A stretch of DNA of 64,000 nucleotides, from positions 4,774,001 to 4,838,000 of the forward strand of contig CDPCPM010000017.1 in assembly GCA_976551045.1 (NCBI GenBank), in the 5' to 3' direction. Made by a program: the position numbers and the translations under genes. The stretch comes from Glaucostegus cemiculus. Its lineage: Eukaryota. Each line of letters starts with the position of its first letter. Positions within the stretch are counted from its first letter, which is position 1. Shown one piece after another: positions 1-13,585 of this stretch. The notes beneath the pieces were generated by a model. The model was given only the letters and a program-made list of their open reading frames with translations. It did no database searches and was not told where the DNA came from.

Positions 1-440
1 CTTATTTGCTCGAGTCTGTTGAGGTAGTGCTTTGCAGACTAGATGAGGTGTGGTGAACTAAACTAAATGGACTGAGAGCATGGAAGATTATGTAACTAGG
101 CTTCAATAGATGTGGTGTCTTTAGATTTTCAGAAGGCTTTTGATAAGATCCCACATAGGAGGTTGTTACAAAGTTAGAGCATATGGAGTTAGGGTCATAT
201 GCTGACATAGACTGAGAACTGCATATTGGTCAAAGAGCGGCACTCAATGGATCTTTCTCAGGATAGCAGATTATGATTAATGTGGCATGGCAGGGGCTGG
301 GGCTCGATTCCCAACTATTCATAAATTGTCAATTTTGGCAGAGGGGATGGAGTATGGCATTTCCAGGTTTGTTGATGATACAAAAATCAGGTGGAGTTGT
401 AAGTATGGAGGAGGACACAAAGAGGTTTCAAGGCAATACA
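1..440 (+). mobile_element. Decayed CR1 LINE reverse transcriptase fragment
   Basis: Reads LDFQKAFDKIPHRRL near 121-168, then a degenerate FADDTK motif (gttgatgatacaaaa) followed by SGGVVSMEEDTKRFQG; frameshifted. Confidence 0.8.
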
Positions 441-2585
441 CACAAGCCTTTCAGTATTAACTCGGTTTCCCTGTCCACATACAATCTGACCTGCTGCACA
501 ACTCCAGCACTAGATTTGCTTTATAGTCCCATACCGTTAGTTTGCAGTCCCTTTTAGCTTGTGGGAAAAAAAATTACCAACTTTGATTGAACAAATTTAA
601 ATAAATAGCCTTGGATGGCTTTTTGGAACACTTCAATACAGATTAACAGATATTAAAAACTTGGAATCTTTAAATTAAAAGTAGACAATTTGCTGTCAAA
701 TCATTCAGTATTAAATTAGAAGATAATGTGCTTGATGTGTTGGTCAGACCCACAACTCACAACAACATTGATAGCTGAGATAAGACTTGCAAAGCTGATT
801 ATTTGCAGAGAATGGAGTAAATATTGATGGAAGAAGAAAAAAAACTAGCACAATATGGATTGCGTTGGACTGCAATACAACAGCCTGGGAGCTAGCAATG
901 CTTAAAAAAAAAGTTGAAAGGCTCGGTTGAGGTAATGAGGATAAAATTCTTGATTATAAACACCAGCACTGACCAAATGGCTTATTCATTTTTTTAATTA
1001 AATTTATGTAACATTAAATAATATGCATTTGGGAAAGTCGGGCTCTATAGAATGAAAAGGCAAACAGTTCCATCTCTGTTATTTTGCATGGCTACTGCAC
1101 AAGGCCTTAGGAAGTAATAAAATATCATGACTGGATCTAAAATAAAAGGCATAAACAAACATTCTTTCATAATCCTGCTGGTAGTATAATGAATGAGATA
1201 GAATTATCTACTCAGTGTAAATTTGCTAGTTAATAACTTGTGGGTTCATGCCCCACTGCAGAAACCAAGCCCTTCACTTATAATTCAGTGCAGTTGTGAG
1301 ACAGTGACACATGAATGATTATGCGTTCTTCCAAAAATGCCCATTTTCCTCCACTACTGTACTCAATACTACCCCTCCATCACAAAGAGCCAGGGTTGCC
1401 AGAAATGAAAATGAGTGATCCAAAAATCAACCAAATAAGAATTTACTAGCAGCTCTATATTGTGTTCATAGAGACAAACACAGAAAAACAAGTGTTTAAT
1501 TGGTCCCACAGATGTTATTTCAATAATGATAGAGTATTGACAAAACTAGCTAATTAACAGCCAAAATTTGAGCTGCCGAAATAATGACTGCAAGAGATTG
1601 TAAATTACCAAAATCCTGAAATCACTGCCTCACCAATCTGACAGCCAGCCAAAAATCTGCCAAATATTAAAACCCACAATACATTCCCAGATAACTCCGA
1701 CAAAAAGGATCCCAAATCCTATTAGTAATACAAATATCCAGTTCATTTCTTAAAATTCTTTGGCTTTTTATCTTTTGCATATTTTTTGCTATTTCCCATC
1801 TTCAAATAATTCTGTAGCTATTGGCTTAAAGGTCATTATTGTTTTCTGTTTTAAACAATAATCAGTTCCAGCAGTTCTTTTCTATTCTTATAGGCAGGTT
1901 CAGTGCCTTATACTTTTTCATGCTTTATTAACATTTCTAGCTGTATGTTTGAGGAAAGAAAATATGGCCAAAGATAGTTATTCTTATTCTCTCATGGGAT
2001 ATGAGATTTGCTGGCAATGCTGGCTTTTAACGTCCATCTCTAATTGTCCTTGAGAAGGTGGTAGTGAGCTATTATCTTGAACCACTGCGGCCTTTGCAGA
2101 AGTAGACTAACGGTGTGATTAGGTAAATAATCCTTGGATTTTGTGCAAAAGAGATTTGATGAATAGAGATGGCAATAGCAAGTTGAAAATCAGTTTGAAA
2201 TAGTTAAGGCAACGTCTTATCACGCAGTGTGTTACCAGACTTTAATGAATCTGAAGTCCAGCGAAAGTACAAAATTGAAATCTTTTCAGTCATTTCCCCT
2301 GAACATCGGACCTGTAAACGGTAGGCAGGGAGGGTAATTTTCCAAATGTAAACTCCCAGAGCAGAGCCTTCCCATACTGGGAAATGACAGGGGTCTTTGT
2401 TCAATACTGAAGAAACACTGAAGACCCACGAGCTGTGATAACCTGACACATGCATGGAGGGGATAAGCTTATTGAGGAGCATCAAATTATGGGATGTGTA
2501 CCAATGGAAAAAAACAATTCCAAAAACAACTGAATAAAGAGTTCAATCCAACTATTCCTTCATTCCACTATTTTATCCAGAATTT

Positions 2586-3281
2586 GTCCCAAATTTGAAA
2601 AGGCACTAATTTTCACAAGTACTCAAGTCCTTTAACCGTGTGTTTTTTTTTACTCTTCCTCACGCTCCCCACCACCCCCCCCACCCAAAGAGAAACCTCC
2701 ATCCAGAAATATTGTCATTTTCCTCACCATGGTCCACACCACCAGGACCATGTCTCTGGATGTCATCCTTATGATATATGGCCCTGGAGTCAAGCCTGTG
2801 CAGGAAGGTATGTCTGGGGAAAAAAATTCTCTATATGTCAAGTCCTGAATCGAGAGTAAGTAATACAGACTGGAAAAGACAGGCTAGGCTACTAATATCT
2901 GGTAGAACTAAACAGAATAGGCATTTTAGCATTGCATTATTTCTGAGCTTTGAGTGAAAATTCTCCAAATGCATCGTTGATCAACACTTTCCAAAGGAAT
3001 GAGAGTATATACAGAAGAGTAAACTCCTATATCAAATAATATGCCAGGGATAAAATATTGCACTTTGAGGATGGAAATAAATTAGAAGATGCTGGGAATG
3101 AACAGCTGGTGGAGTGAACAATATTTCTGATGGAGGTTTTCATGTTGTCCTGTATCAAAGGGTTACAGCCTGACCTGGTGCAGGGTAGTTTTCTGGACCA
3201 GACTGCCCTTCTCTTTGGGGGAAAAAAAAAGGTAAAGCACGATAGTACTGGTGAAAATTAGTGCCTTTTCAAATTTGGGAC
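2586..3281. repeat. 38-bp inverted repeat pair bounding ~700 bp (possible non-autonomous DNA transposon)
   Basis: 2586-2623 gtcccaaatttgaaaaggcactaattttcacaagtact is the reverse complement of 3244-3281 with one mismatch. No clear TSD. Confidence 0.7.
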
Positions 3282-3844
3282 CTTGCTCCAAAGTAGCATA
3301 GAGAGGATGAAATCCCTCACTTCAAATTGTTAATAAAACAAATTGGAACTCACTAAAGATGAAGTTAGCTGGGGGGAAAATAAACTTGGCTATAATTCTG
3401 CTCTAGTTAGAAAAGACATTTGTAAAAGACCATAAAGATGTCAGTTTGGAAAACAATATCAAATTGGGAGAAGCACTGTCACCAAGGGAATTGGTTCAAG
3501 GTATTCAACAACTATATCCGAGCCATCAGATGCCAAGCCCTTGGCAAACATCATATTGACATTGCTTAATTATAAAGTAACTACATTTTAAAAAAAATTG
3601 ACTATTATTTAAAATGGGACACGTAGTATTCATTAGCAAACTTACAAGTTGAACCCATTTCATGTGTTGCAAAGACAGACTGCCCAGAAGCTGGGAGTGA
3701 TATGTTAAGGATCATGCTCCAGCCTTGCATGGGCTCGATGAGGGATCCTGACCTCAAACTTTCCAACGTGGAAGTCATGGCCAATTCCATTTCACTATTA
3801 GACTCAATCACCTAATGGCTGACATTTTGACTTCCACCCCAGAT

Positions 3845-4041
3845 TGTAGAAAAAAATACAAGCTGCCAGAGGAACTCAGCGGGTCGAGCAGCATCTGTGG
3901 AGGTATAGGAACTGTGTTTTGGGTCAAGATCCTGCATCAGGACAAGTCCTCCCCCCCCCCACCCCCAGCCCAACGGATGCTGCTCAACCCACTGTTTAAT
4001 TTTTGCACCAGATTCCAGCATTTGCGGTCTCTTTCATCTCC
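3845..4041. mobile_element. Short palindromic Penelope-derived element
   Basis: Inverted arms cagcgggtcgagcagcatc / gatgctgctcaacccactg. Minus-strand hammerhead-like remnant gtcctgatgcaggatcttgacccaaaac. Shares the tail ccagattccagcat with 60229-60362. Confidence 0.7.
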
Positions 4042-4579
4042 ATTTAATATGTTGTTTGGTGTTTGTACTTTCAGTGTATACATAAATCTCCAGATGTAAA
4101 TGCTAAACTTTTAGCAGCACCACCACAGAAATGAAACAAAGACCCATTAATCTTGATATCATTTTAATCTCAGGTGAATATATTTCTTGAAGGCAAACAT
4201 TCAATTGGATGTAAATACAACATACACGAGTCACAAATCCACCGTAAGAACCACTCAATGTTCTATTAATCCCTTGTCTAGCAGCACGCATCTTCAAACT
4301 TTGCGATCAGTCAGACCTAAAGATCTTCAAACCCATACTACCAATACTTCCACTACTGTTAAATTTGAGGAGGATGCATTTGGATTGAGAGCAAGAGAGT
4401 CCCAAACATGAGAAGATAGAACACCTTCAATGACCCAAGGACATGTCAAAGTACTCGAAAGAATGTAATTCTTTTTTAAGCACAATGATGCTTTGATGAA
4501 GGAAAACACATCAGCTCATTTACCCAGAGTCACTTCTTTTGGGAAGCAGTGAGATAAACAGCCAGATCACTTAATGAGC

Positions 4580-4753
4580 AACGAACAAGATGCTGGAGGG
4601 ATTCAGTGGGTCAGTCACATCTGTGGAAGGGAATGGACAGTTGATGTTTCAGGTTGAGACACTTCAGCTCGACCCTTCATCCTGACCTGTTGAGTTCCTC
4701 CAGCATCTTCCTTGGTGCTCCAGATTCCAGCACCTGTAGTCTCCAGTGTCTCC
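4580..4753. mobile_element. Short palindromic Penelope-derived element
   Basis: Inverted arms aagatgctggagg...cagtgggtcag / ctgacctgttgagttcctccagcatctt, plus the family tail gctccagattccagcac. Confidence 0.7.
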
Positions 4754-6009
4754 AGCTTATTTAAGCTAAAGACATCGAGAACTTCCCTGGTCTTCTAATA
4801 ACGCACTGAGGTCTTTTACGTTACCTGATCTATCACACACACTCAAGTTATAATTTCACGAAAAGACAGCTGCCTAGAAATTCCAGTGCATTCTAACAGG
4901 CATATGAGACGGTCACAATAGGAAGGTGCCAACAATCACTTCAGCCACTGACCTTCCCAAAAACTTCAATTGCATGTGACACTGAAAATCAGCTTTCTGA
5001 GGCAGAGTCCAGAACGGCTAGTGGTCACAGGGTCAGTGCAGCTGGGAAAGTATGCCCAAAGGACAAAGACAAGTAATTTACTGACCTGCCAAGTGGCCTG
5101 GTCTCTGCTGCTTCACTGGGAAGACCATGTTATCCCAGGAGTTCCCAGTATTCCCAGTACAAGCAGTCCAAGTCACCCTACATGGATGGGGAATGATGCT
5201 ATCCCATGCCTTCCTGGTGTGGAAATCAACATCAGCCTTCAAGGATGACTCCTGCCATGATGTTAACAGTTGGATTTTCAGAAAGACACAAAGTGACCGA
5301 GAAATGTTTGATGGCGTATTTCATTCAAAAAAACATTTTACATTTGAATTTCTAGGCAGGAGCATATAGTCAATTTTACATCTTACCACTTACATTAAAC
5401 AAAAACAGGCCTACAACATTTGAGGTCAAAGGTAGATGTCAGACCAGGGTGAAGAATGTGCTGGGGTGAGAGGGGAATGTATTTATACTATTAAGTGATC
5501 TTGTTTCCATTACAGTTGATCTGTCTGACAGGTAGTACAAGTTAAGTGGAGATATTAATAGCCTGCTTTGATGGCAATGTCAGCAAGCAGTCCATGTCTT
5601 GAGTTAGACTTGGCACCATCTCCTCACCAGCTGTGAAAGACTTGGCCTCCAGCTCTGCCAGTCCCTCAACATGTTCCAAAAATGTGTTCCTTACAAAGGG
5701 AATATAATTTTGATGGGGTCATTTCTCTAATTCCTAGTCCTGGAGAAGCTGAGTGCTTGCCAACAGATGCAGGATACCAGCATTAAACTGTACTCTCTCA
5801 CATTAGCTTTCTGCAGCCTAATTATTCATTGTAAATGGGCAACATACTTCATCAAGTTCTCTGAATGCGAAAGCATCAGAAATTCCATGAAATCTTATTT
5901 GTTATATCAGCACCGTCTCAAATGTGCAAAGAATTAATTATTAGCTTTGAGTTTCATTACATTGTGTCATAGTATCCAACTTCTCTCATGTCTCTTACAA
6001 TAAAGGAGA

Positions 6010-6630
6010 CATGATAAAACGGAAGTCAACGGACATCAAAGGGAGAACACTCCAAAGGCTGGACTTGGATCCGTCACGGAGGAAGATGGTTTTGGTTCTC
6101 AGAGGTCAATCATCCAGCCCTAGAACATCCCTGCAGGAGTTCATGAGGGCAGCGTCCGAGACTCAACCTTCTTCAGCTGCTTCATCAATGATCTTTCTTC
6201 CATCATGAGATCAGAATAGGGAATTACAATGATTTCACAATGTTCAATTCCATTTGCAATTCCTCAGCGAATAAATAGTCTCAGCAAAGATGCACTAAGA
6301 TCTCAACAACATTCAAGCATAGGTTGATAAGTGGCAAGTAACATTCTTACAGAGAATGATCATTACCAAAAGAGAATCAAATCACTCATTCTTGACATTC
6401 AATGCATTACCATTGCCATTCCTGGGGAGGGGTAACCACAACCTCAATTAGGTCAGCCACGTAAATACTATGATAATAAAAGCAAGTCAGAGGCAGAGTA
6501 TTCTGTGGCAAGAAACTCAACATCATGCAGGGCAAAGCCACCTGCTTGATTGATTCCATCAATCATAAAAGTTTATTCCCTCCACCACTGGTGCACAGCA
6601 GCTAAAGTGTGCACCAACTCCAAGAGCTGA
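6010..6630 (+). mobile_element. Decayed CR1/L2-clade LINE RT fragment
   Basis: ttcagctgcttcatcaatgatct (FSCFINDL-like RT motif) near 6171 and a downstream tgataagtggcaagtaacattc segment; many stops. Confidence 0.55.
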
Positions 6631-8264
6631 TCTAAATCCTGGAACTCCCTATCCAACAGCACCATAGGAGTACCTTCACCAGAAGGACTGCAGTGGTTGA
6701 AGACTATTCACCCCCACTTTCTCAAGGGCAATTACAGATAAGCAATAAATGCTGCCTTGCCTGTGATGCCCTAATCTCAAACCGAATTTTAAAAAATCGG
6801 CAGATACTCAATCATTTGGTTTGTTGTATCATCAGCCAAAAAAATGCATGAGTTTAGTCCTCCCACTCATTCTTCATTTCTGCATTTGTGAAACAGCAAA
6901 ATCATTGGCCAAACCATTTACCTTGGGCCCAAGTCAAAACCTTAATTTGTCTGTCAGAAAAAGACATGATATAAGATTCATTCCCAGAACTGCAGGGTTT
7001 GCTTCTGTATTATTAAATGAATCCTGGAAACCTCTGCACTGATGACTTAGACTCTCTCTTGTATTGCGTTTGTAAACAGATCAGAGAAACATGTTATCTG
7101 AACAAAGAAGGGAAAAAGTCGAAGGCTGAAGACGATGATATTAAGTACCTGCAACTAAACTGGGATAAGTTTGGCTCAGTAGGTTCTTGCTAATAAGAGA
7201 AAAACAATAAATAATTGATGGAAGAGCAAAGACACAAAACTGGATGTTATCAATATATATGTGGTATCTGTGTGACACAGCAGGTCTCAGACAATGTACT
7301 ACTTTTATGCTTTACTAAATACAGTCTATTTGTGTCATGGAACTAACTGACTAGTTCAGTTTTGGGAAGTATCACACCTCTGCCACTATCCATCCAAAAG
7401 GCTACTACACCTCCTAATGTTACTCAATTGTACCAAAACTGAAAGTGAAAAAATGAACTTGTCCCAGAAATTATACTTCAAATTCACGGTTTCAATTTAT
7501 ACCTTTAAAAGTTGCAGAAATGTGGGAAACTAATATACCACGAAGTTGATCTCACAGATTGAAGAAGAAATTAAGTGCCTTTCCCCACTCTATTTTGCAG
7601 CTGTAATTTATCTTCTTGTGCATTAACATCTTCTGCTGTTACTTTGTCTTATGATCCTATACGAACTTTTATTTCCCCCCCCCCCCCCTTTAAATCATGC
7701 AGCATCGTACAGATCTCTAACTGTGAACAGGAGACAATGATAGGTTGTGTCGGGTTACCCAGCAGTTTCACAGGGTGCTGGGTGGCTTGTGCTGACATCA
7801 CCCCATTACTGAACCTACAAGGAGTTATAGTGTTGAGGCTCAACAGCTTCTCTCTCTCTCTCTCTGGGAGTCCAGTCATTTCCTTCAGAGTTTGCAAGCT
7901 TCACAGATGGATTAACAAGCTTCAGTGCTGATAAAGTGGCTACTTTACTGCTTCACAATTAAAGGATTATCATTCTAGGTGAATAATGACAGGATGGTAA
8001 TTTTTCCACTGCTGCTTATAAAATCATATTCTTGGAAAATCGTACATTACAACATGTTCATTCTTACAACTTTATCAGCAGTTGATGAATTTGGGAGGGA
8101 ACAACTTTTCAAGATTTTATTGAAATAGGAAACAAACTATTTTATTTACTCAGGCAAGCTGTAGGGTATTGGGTAGAGTTCACCTCTAAATATGGAACCC
8201 CTTCCTGCCAGCATGAAATCACCAAGGCTGGACACATGCGAATCCTTTATTAAAAAAGGATTTG

Positions 8265-8845
8265 ATGACATGGGTAAAGAGACCATACTGAAATTATACA
8301 AGGCCTTTAGTGTGATTGCCCCAGACAGCACACAAGTCTTGCGCCCCCAAGGAAAGATACACTTGCAATAATGAAAACTGAATAAAATTTCACCAGGTCA
8401 ATTCCTGGTTTAGGGCACCATCCTATCAGGAGAGACTAAGCAGACTGGACGTATAAAGAGAAAGAGACACAACTCATTGAAGTATCTGAAATTCTGAGGA
8501 TCTTGAAAATGTACAGACAGGATTGCTTTCACCCCCCCGCCCCCCCATCATCTAGATCCCAGGATCATGGTATCCAAATAAGGGGTTGGCCATTCAGGAC
8601 AGAGGTGACAAGAAATTTCTTCACCCAAATCTCTACAATTTCCTAGCCAAGAGAACTGTGGTGGATCACTCACTATATTAAAGACAGCAATAGATTTTTT
8701 TTTGTATATTAAGGGAATCAAGGGGGTACAAATTTGGCACAAGAAAGAGCCATTCATGCCACATTAGCCACAATCTTAATGAATGGTTCAGCAGGTACTA
8801 AGGATTGAATGGCCTAATCTTTGTGTGCTATTCATGTTCTTATGC
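8265..8845 (+). mobile_element. CR1 LINE 3' fragment
   Basis: LKLYKA... segment, followed by a CR1 3' UTR pattern (attaagggaatcaagggg...agccacaatcttaatgaatgg...atggccta...atgttcttatg). Confidence 0.7.
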
Positions 8846-10996
8846 ATGACATCAGACATCAAGTTGTGACCCTGCCACTTTCAGGTGGATTCCCAAGCAA
8901 TACAGAAGGCAGTCTCAGAAAAATGTCGTGAGGTTCCAGAGCTGTTTCCCCTCTAGCCCGAGGCACGATGGAGTTTCCTATCCAAGAACACCTCATCTTT
9001 GTGGTTAATTAGCTCTTGAATCTCCAGACCTATCAAACCAGACCTAGTATTCCACAACAGAGAAGCAAAGAGCTTCTCCACAAGCAGTAATTATGCTGGA
9101 CCACAGCAGTCCAGGCACAGTGAATGCTTTGCAACTCATTGGTTGGGAGTCAGAGGGTAGCTTACACGTCCTTGACTGTGAGGAGCTTTCCTTGCAAGAT
9201 CTTTGAAACCTTTACATAGATTTTCATGCAGAAACATTCCAATTGTTTGAGAGCCAAGCTGAGGGGAAATGAGAGTACAGATTAGGTTGTGATGGGTCCA
9301 ACAGTCTTCAACAGTTGTGCACGAGTGATGTGGCCATCCTTGCGGTCTTTTGCTCACCCGATGACATATCCCGATGCCTTTCATTGCCCAAATCAAGGAT
9401 GCTGGTGTGAGATCTTCAACTTTTCCATCTAACCAGATGGGATGTTGGTTATGGCAGGACCATGCTTTGAGCATTTTGTCAGGAACTAAGTGCTATTGTT
9501 AGAATGGTTGAGGTTGAATTCAATCCACTGTACACTTAGCAATAGGTGTCTTGTTTGCCAGAATGAAATATCTAACTGCTCTCCAAAAGAAGGATAGTTA
9601 ACAAAAATGCTCTTCACTTCATCCTGGTGGCTGGGTTTTGCACAGGCTTCCGAAATGGGAGAAAGGGATAATGGAGCCAAGCACTCTGATCTCAAAAGCT
9701 ACAGCATTTTATGAATAGGAATTTAAAGACTCAATGCATGGCTTCCTAGGACATGGAAAGATGCAGGGATCCTTTGTTTCTTTTCAATAAAACAACTATG
9801 GCTCAAAATGCCAATATGAAACAAATAAACAGTGGCTGAAATGAAGTATCAAGAACATTGCATACATTATTGCATTATGAAGTTTATTACTTATCCTCAA
9901 ACAAAAAGTCCAACAACATTGGTGTATAATTGCTCAAGGCAATAATCTTGATCCAACCATTTCTACAACAATCAAGACTAAGCTGATAAAAAGTTGCACT
10001 CACACCACACAGGTGCTTGGTACTAATCATATCCAACACTGATATTTGAAGTACATTCCCTTGCTGTTACAGGTTTCTAACTGCGGTCAAGAGACAATGG
10101 TATTGGCATTGCCAAATCCATCCACTAGCCTGATAACCTTTCACTGACCAGATACTTAAATGGCCACAAGACTACATGAGCAAGTCAGGGTCAAGATATC
10201 CTGCTGTGAGTGACTGAGCGCTAATTTTCCAAAGACTTTCCATCACCTACAAGGCATCTCAGTTACAGGATGGAATAATTGCCACTGAACTGCAGTGATG
10301 TATTCCAAAGAGTAATGGAACCTAATCTTAAAAGCCATTGACTTTGTTGTCCCGAATTTTGATTCTAGCTGCAAAGTACACATTTATTCAACTCCCGCTA
10401 CATAACTATGACATAACACATGCAAAATCTTGGCTTCAAACAAATCCTATTCTATTCCCTATTATTTCAATTATATATATTTTTAAACCATTGTATTTTC
10501 CATCTTGTTCACTAAATCTAACAATCCTAACTTCAAAGGAGACATAAAAGACTGCAATGCTAGTACCCGAGGCAAAAGAAAAAGCAAACTGCTGAAGGAA
10601 TGCAGTAGGTCAGGCAGCATCTGTGGTGGCAGAAGGATTTTGGTTTAAGGAGCAGGTAAAGTGTCTGCTGTACATTGCTTGGAGTGATGGGAATACACAC
10701 TTTCTTCTGCTGAGTGACCTTGCAACTGGTGGTACCACATCTGATATTCTAATGGCTGCTTTGGTCAGCTGGTTTTCTGGCTGTATATTGATCATCGAAA
10801 AAGTGCAGCTTTGTGGCACGATTGTAGAATTTCCCCAAGAGCCAGCAACCTCATCTACACTTATTCCTGGTTGGCAGCAATCCCAGAAATCAAGATCTGT
10901 GGTTTAGCCAACCAAACCCTTCCTGTTTCCACTGTCATTTTTTTCTCCTCCTCTGCTTATTCTTTTTGTGATTCACATAGTATTTTCTGTGAATCA

Positions 10997-13585
10997 TCAC
11001 CAACTAGAATGGATATTACAATGGATTCACCAACTAGAATGGATATTACAATGGATTCACCAACTAGAATGGATATTACAATGGATTCACCAACTAGAAT
11101 GGATATTACAATGGATTCACCAACTAGAATGGATATTACAATGGATTCACCAACTAGAATGGATATTACAATGGATATTACAATGGATATTACAATGGAT
11201 ATTACAATGGATATTACAATGGATTCACCAACTAGAATGGATATTACAATGGATATTACAATGGATATTACAATGGATTCACCAACTAGAATGGATATTA
11301 CAATGGATATTACAATGGATTCACCAACTAGAATGGATATTACAATGGATATTACAATGGATATTACAATGGATTCACCAACTAGAATGGATATTACAAT
11401 GGATATTACAATGGATATTACAATGGATATTACAATGGATTCACCAACTAGAATGGATATTACAATGGATATTACAATGGATATTACAATGGATATTACA
11501 ATGGATATTACAATGGATATTACAATGGATTCACCAACTAGAATGGATATTACAATGGATATTACAATGGATATTACAATGGATATTACAATGGATATTA
11601 CAATGGATTCACCAACTAGAATGGATATTACAATGGATATTACAATGGATATTACAATGGATTCACCAACTAGAATGGATATTACAATGGATATTACAAT
11701 GGATATTACAATGGATATTACAATGGATTCACCAACTAGAATGGATATTACAATGGATTCACCAACTAGAATGGATATTACAATGGATTCACCAACTAGA
11801 ATGGATATTACAATGGATTCACCAACTAGAATGGATATTACAATGGATATTACAATGGATTCACCAACTAGAATGGATATTACAATGGATTCACCAACTA
11901 GAATGGATATTACAATGGATATTACAATGGATTCACCAACTAGAATGGATATTACAATGGATATTACAATGGATTCACCAACTAGAATGGATATTACAAT
12001 GGATATTACAATGGATTCACCAACTAGAATGGATATTACAATGGATATTACAATGGATTCACCAACTAGAATGGATATTACAATGGATTCACCAACTAGA
12101 ATGGATATTACAATGGATTCACCAACTAGAATGGATATTACAATGGATTCACCAACTAGAATGGATATTACAATGGATATTACAATGGATATTACAATGG
12201 ATATTACAATGGATTCACCAACTAGAATGGATATTACAATGGATTCACCAACTAGAATGGATATTACAATGGATTCACCAACTAGAATGGATATTACAAT
12301 GGATTCACCAACTAGAATGGATATTACAATGGATTCACCAACTAGAATGGATATTACAATGGATTCACCAACTAGAATGGATATTACAATGGATTCACCA
12401 ACTAGAATGGATATTACAATGGATTCACCAACTAGAATGGATATTACAATGGATATTACAATGGATTCACCAACTAGAATGGATATTACAATGGATATTA
12501 CAATGGATTCACCAACTAGAATGGATATTACAATGGATATTACAATGGATTCACCAACTAGAATGGATATTACAATGGATATTACAATGGATTCACCAAC
12601 TAGAATGGATATTACAATGGATATTACAATGGATTCACCAACTAGAATGGATATTACAATGGATATTACAATGGATTCACCAACTAGAATGGATATTACA
12701 ATGGATATTACAATGGATTCACCAACTAGAATGGATATTACAATGGATTCACCAACTAGAATGGATATTACAATGGATTCACCAACTAGAATGGATATTA
12801 CAATGGATTCACCAACTAGAATGGATATTACAATGGATTCACCAACTAGAATGGATATTACAATGGATATTACAATGGATATTACAATGGATATTACAAT
12901 GGATATTACAATGGATATTACAATGGATATTACAATGGATATTACAATGGATATTACAATGGATATTACAATGGATTCACCAACTAGAATGGATATTACA
13001 ATGGATATTACAATGGATATTACAATGGATATTACAATGGATATTACAATGGATATTACAATGGATTCACCAACTAGAATGGATATTACAATGGATATTA
13101 CAATGGATTCACCAACTAGAATGGATATTACAATGGATATTACAATGGATATTACAATGGATATTACAATGGATATTACAATGGATATTACAATGGATTC
13201 ACCAACTAGAATGGATATTACAATGGATATTACAATGGATTCACCAACTAGAATGGATATTACAATGGATATTACAATGGATTCACCAACTAGAATGGAT
13301 ATTACAATGGATATTACAATGGATATTACAATGGATTCACCAACTAGAATGGATATTACAATGGATTCACCAACTAGAATGGATATTACAATGGATATTA
13401 CAATGGATATTACAATGGATATTACAATGGATATTACAATGGATATTACAATGGATTCACCAACTAGAATGGATATTACAATGGATATTACAATGGATAT
13501 TACAATGGATATTACAATGGATATTACAATGGATATTACAATGGATATTACAATGGATTCACCAACTAGAATGGATATTACAATG
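10997..13585. repeat. Compound two-unit minisatellite: A=ATGGATATTACA (12 bp), B=ATGGATTCACCAACTAGA (18 bp), arranged (B A1-10)n
   Basis: Seen directly over ~2.6 kb. Hand count about 55-57 B and about 130 A units; I saw no substitutions. Confidence 0.98.

Noticed and set aside
7575-7931. 118-aa and 82-aa overlapping ORFs
   Set aside because: They run through a C homopolymer and a CT microsatellite and show no recognisable motif or splice context.
10997-13585. CRISPR-like array (constant 18-bp unit separated by variable-length spacers)
   Set aside because: The spacers are only repeats of one 12-mer, there are no cas genes, and the context is a vertebrate intron.
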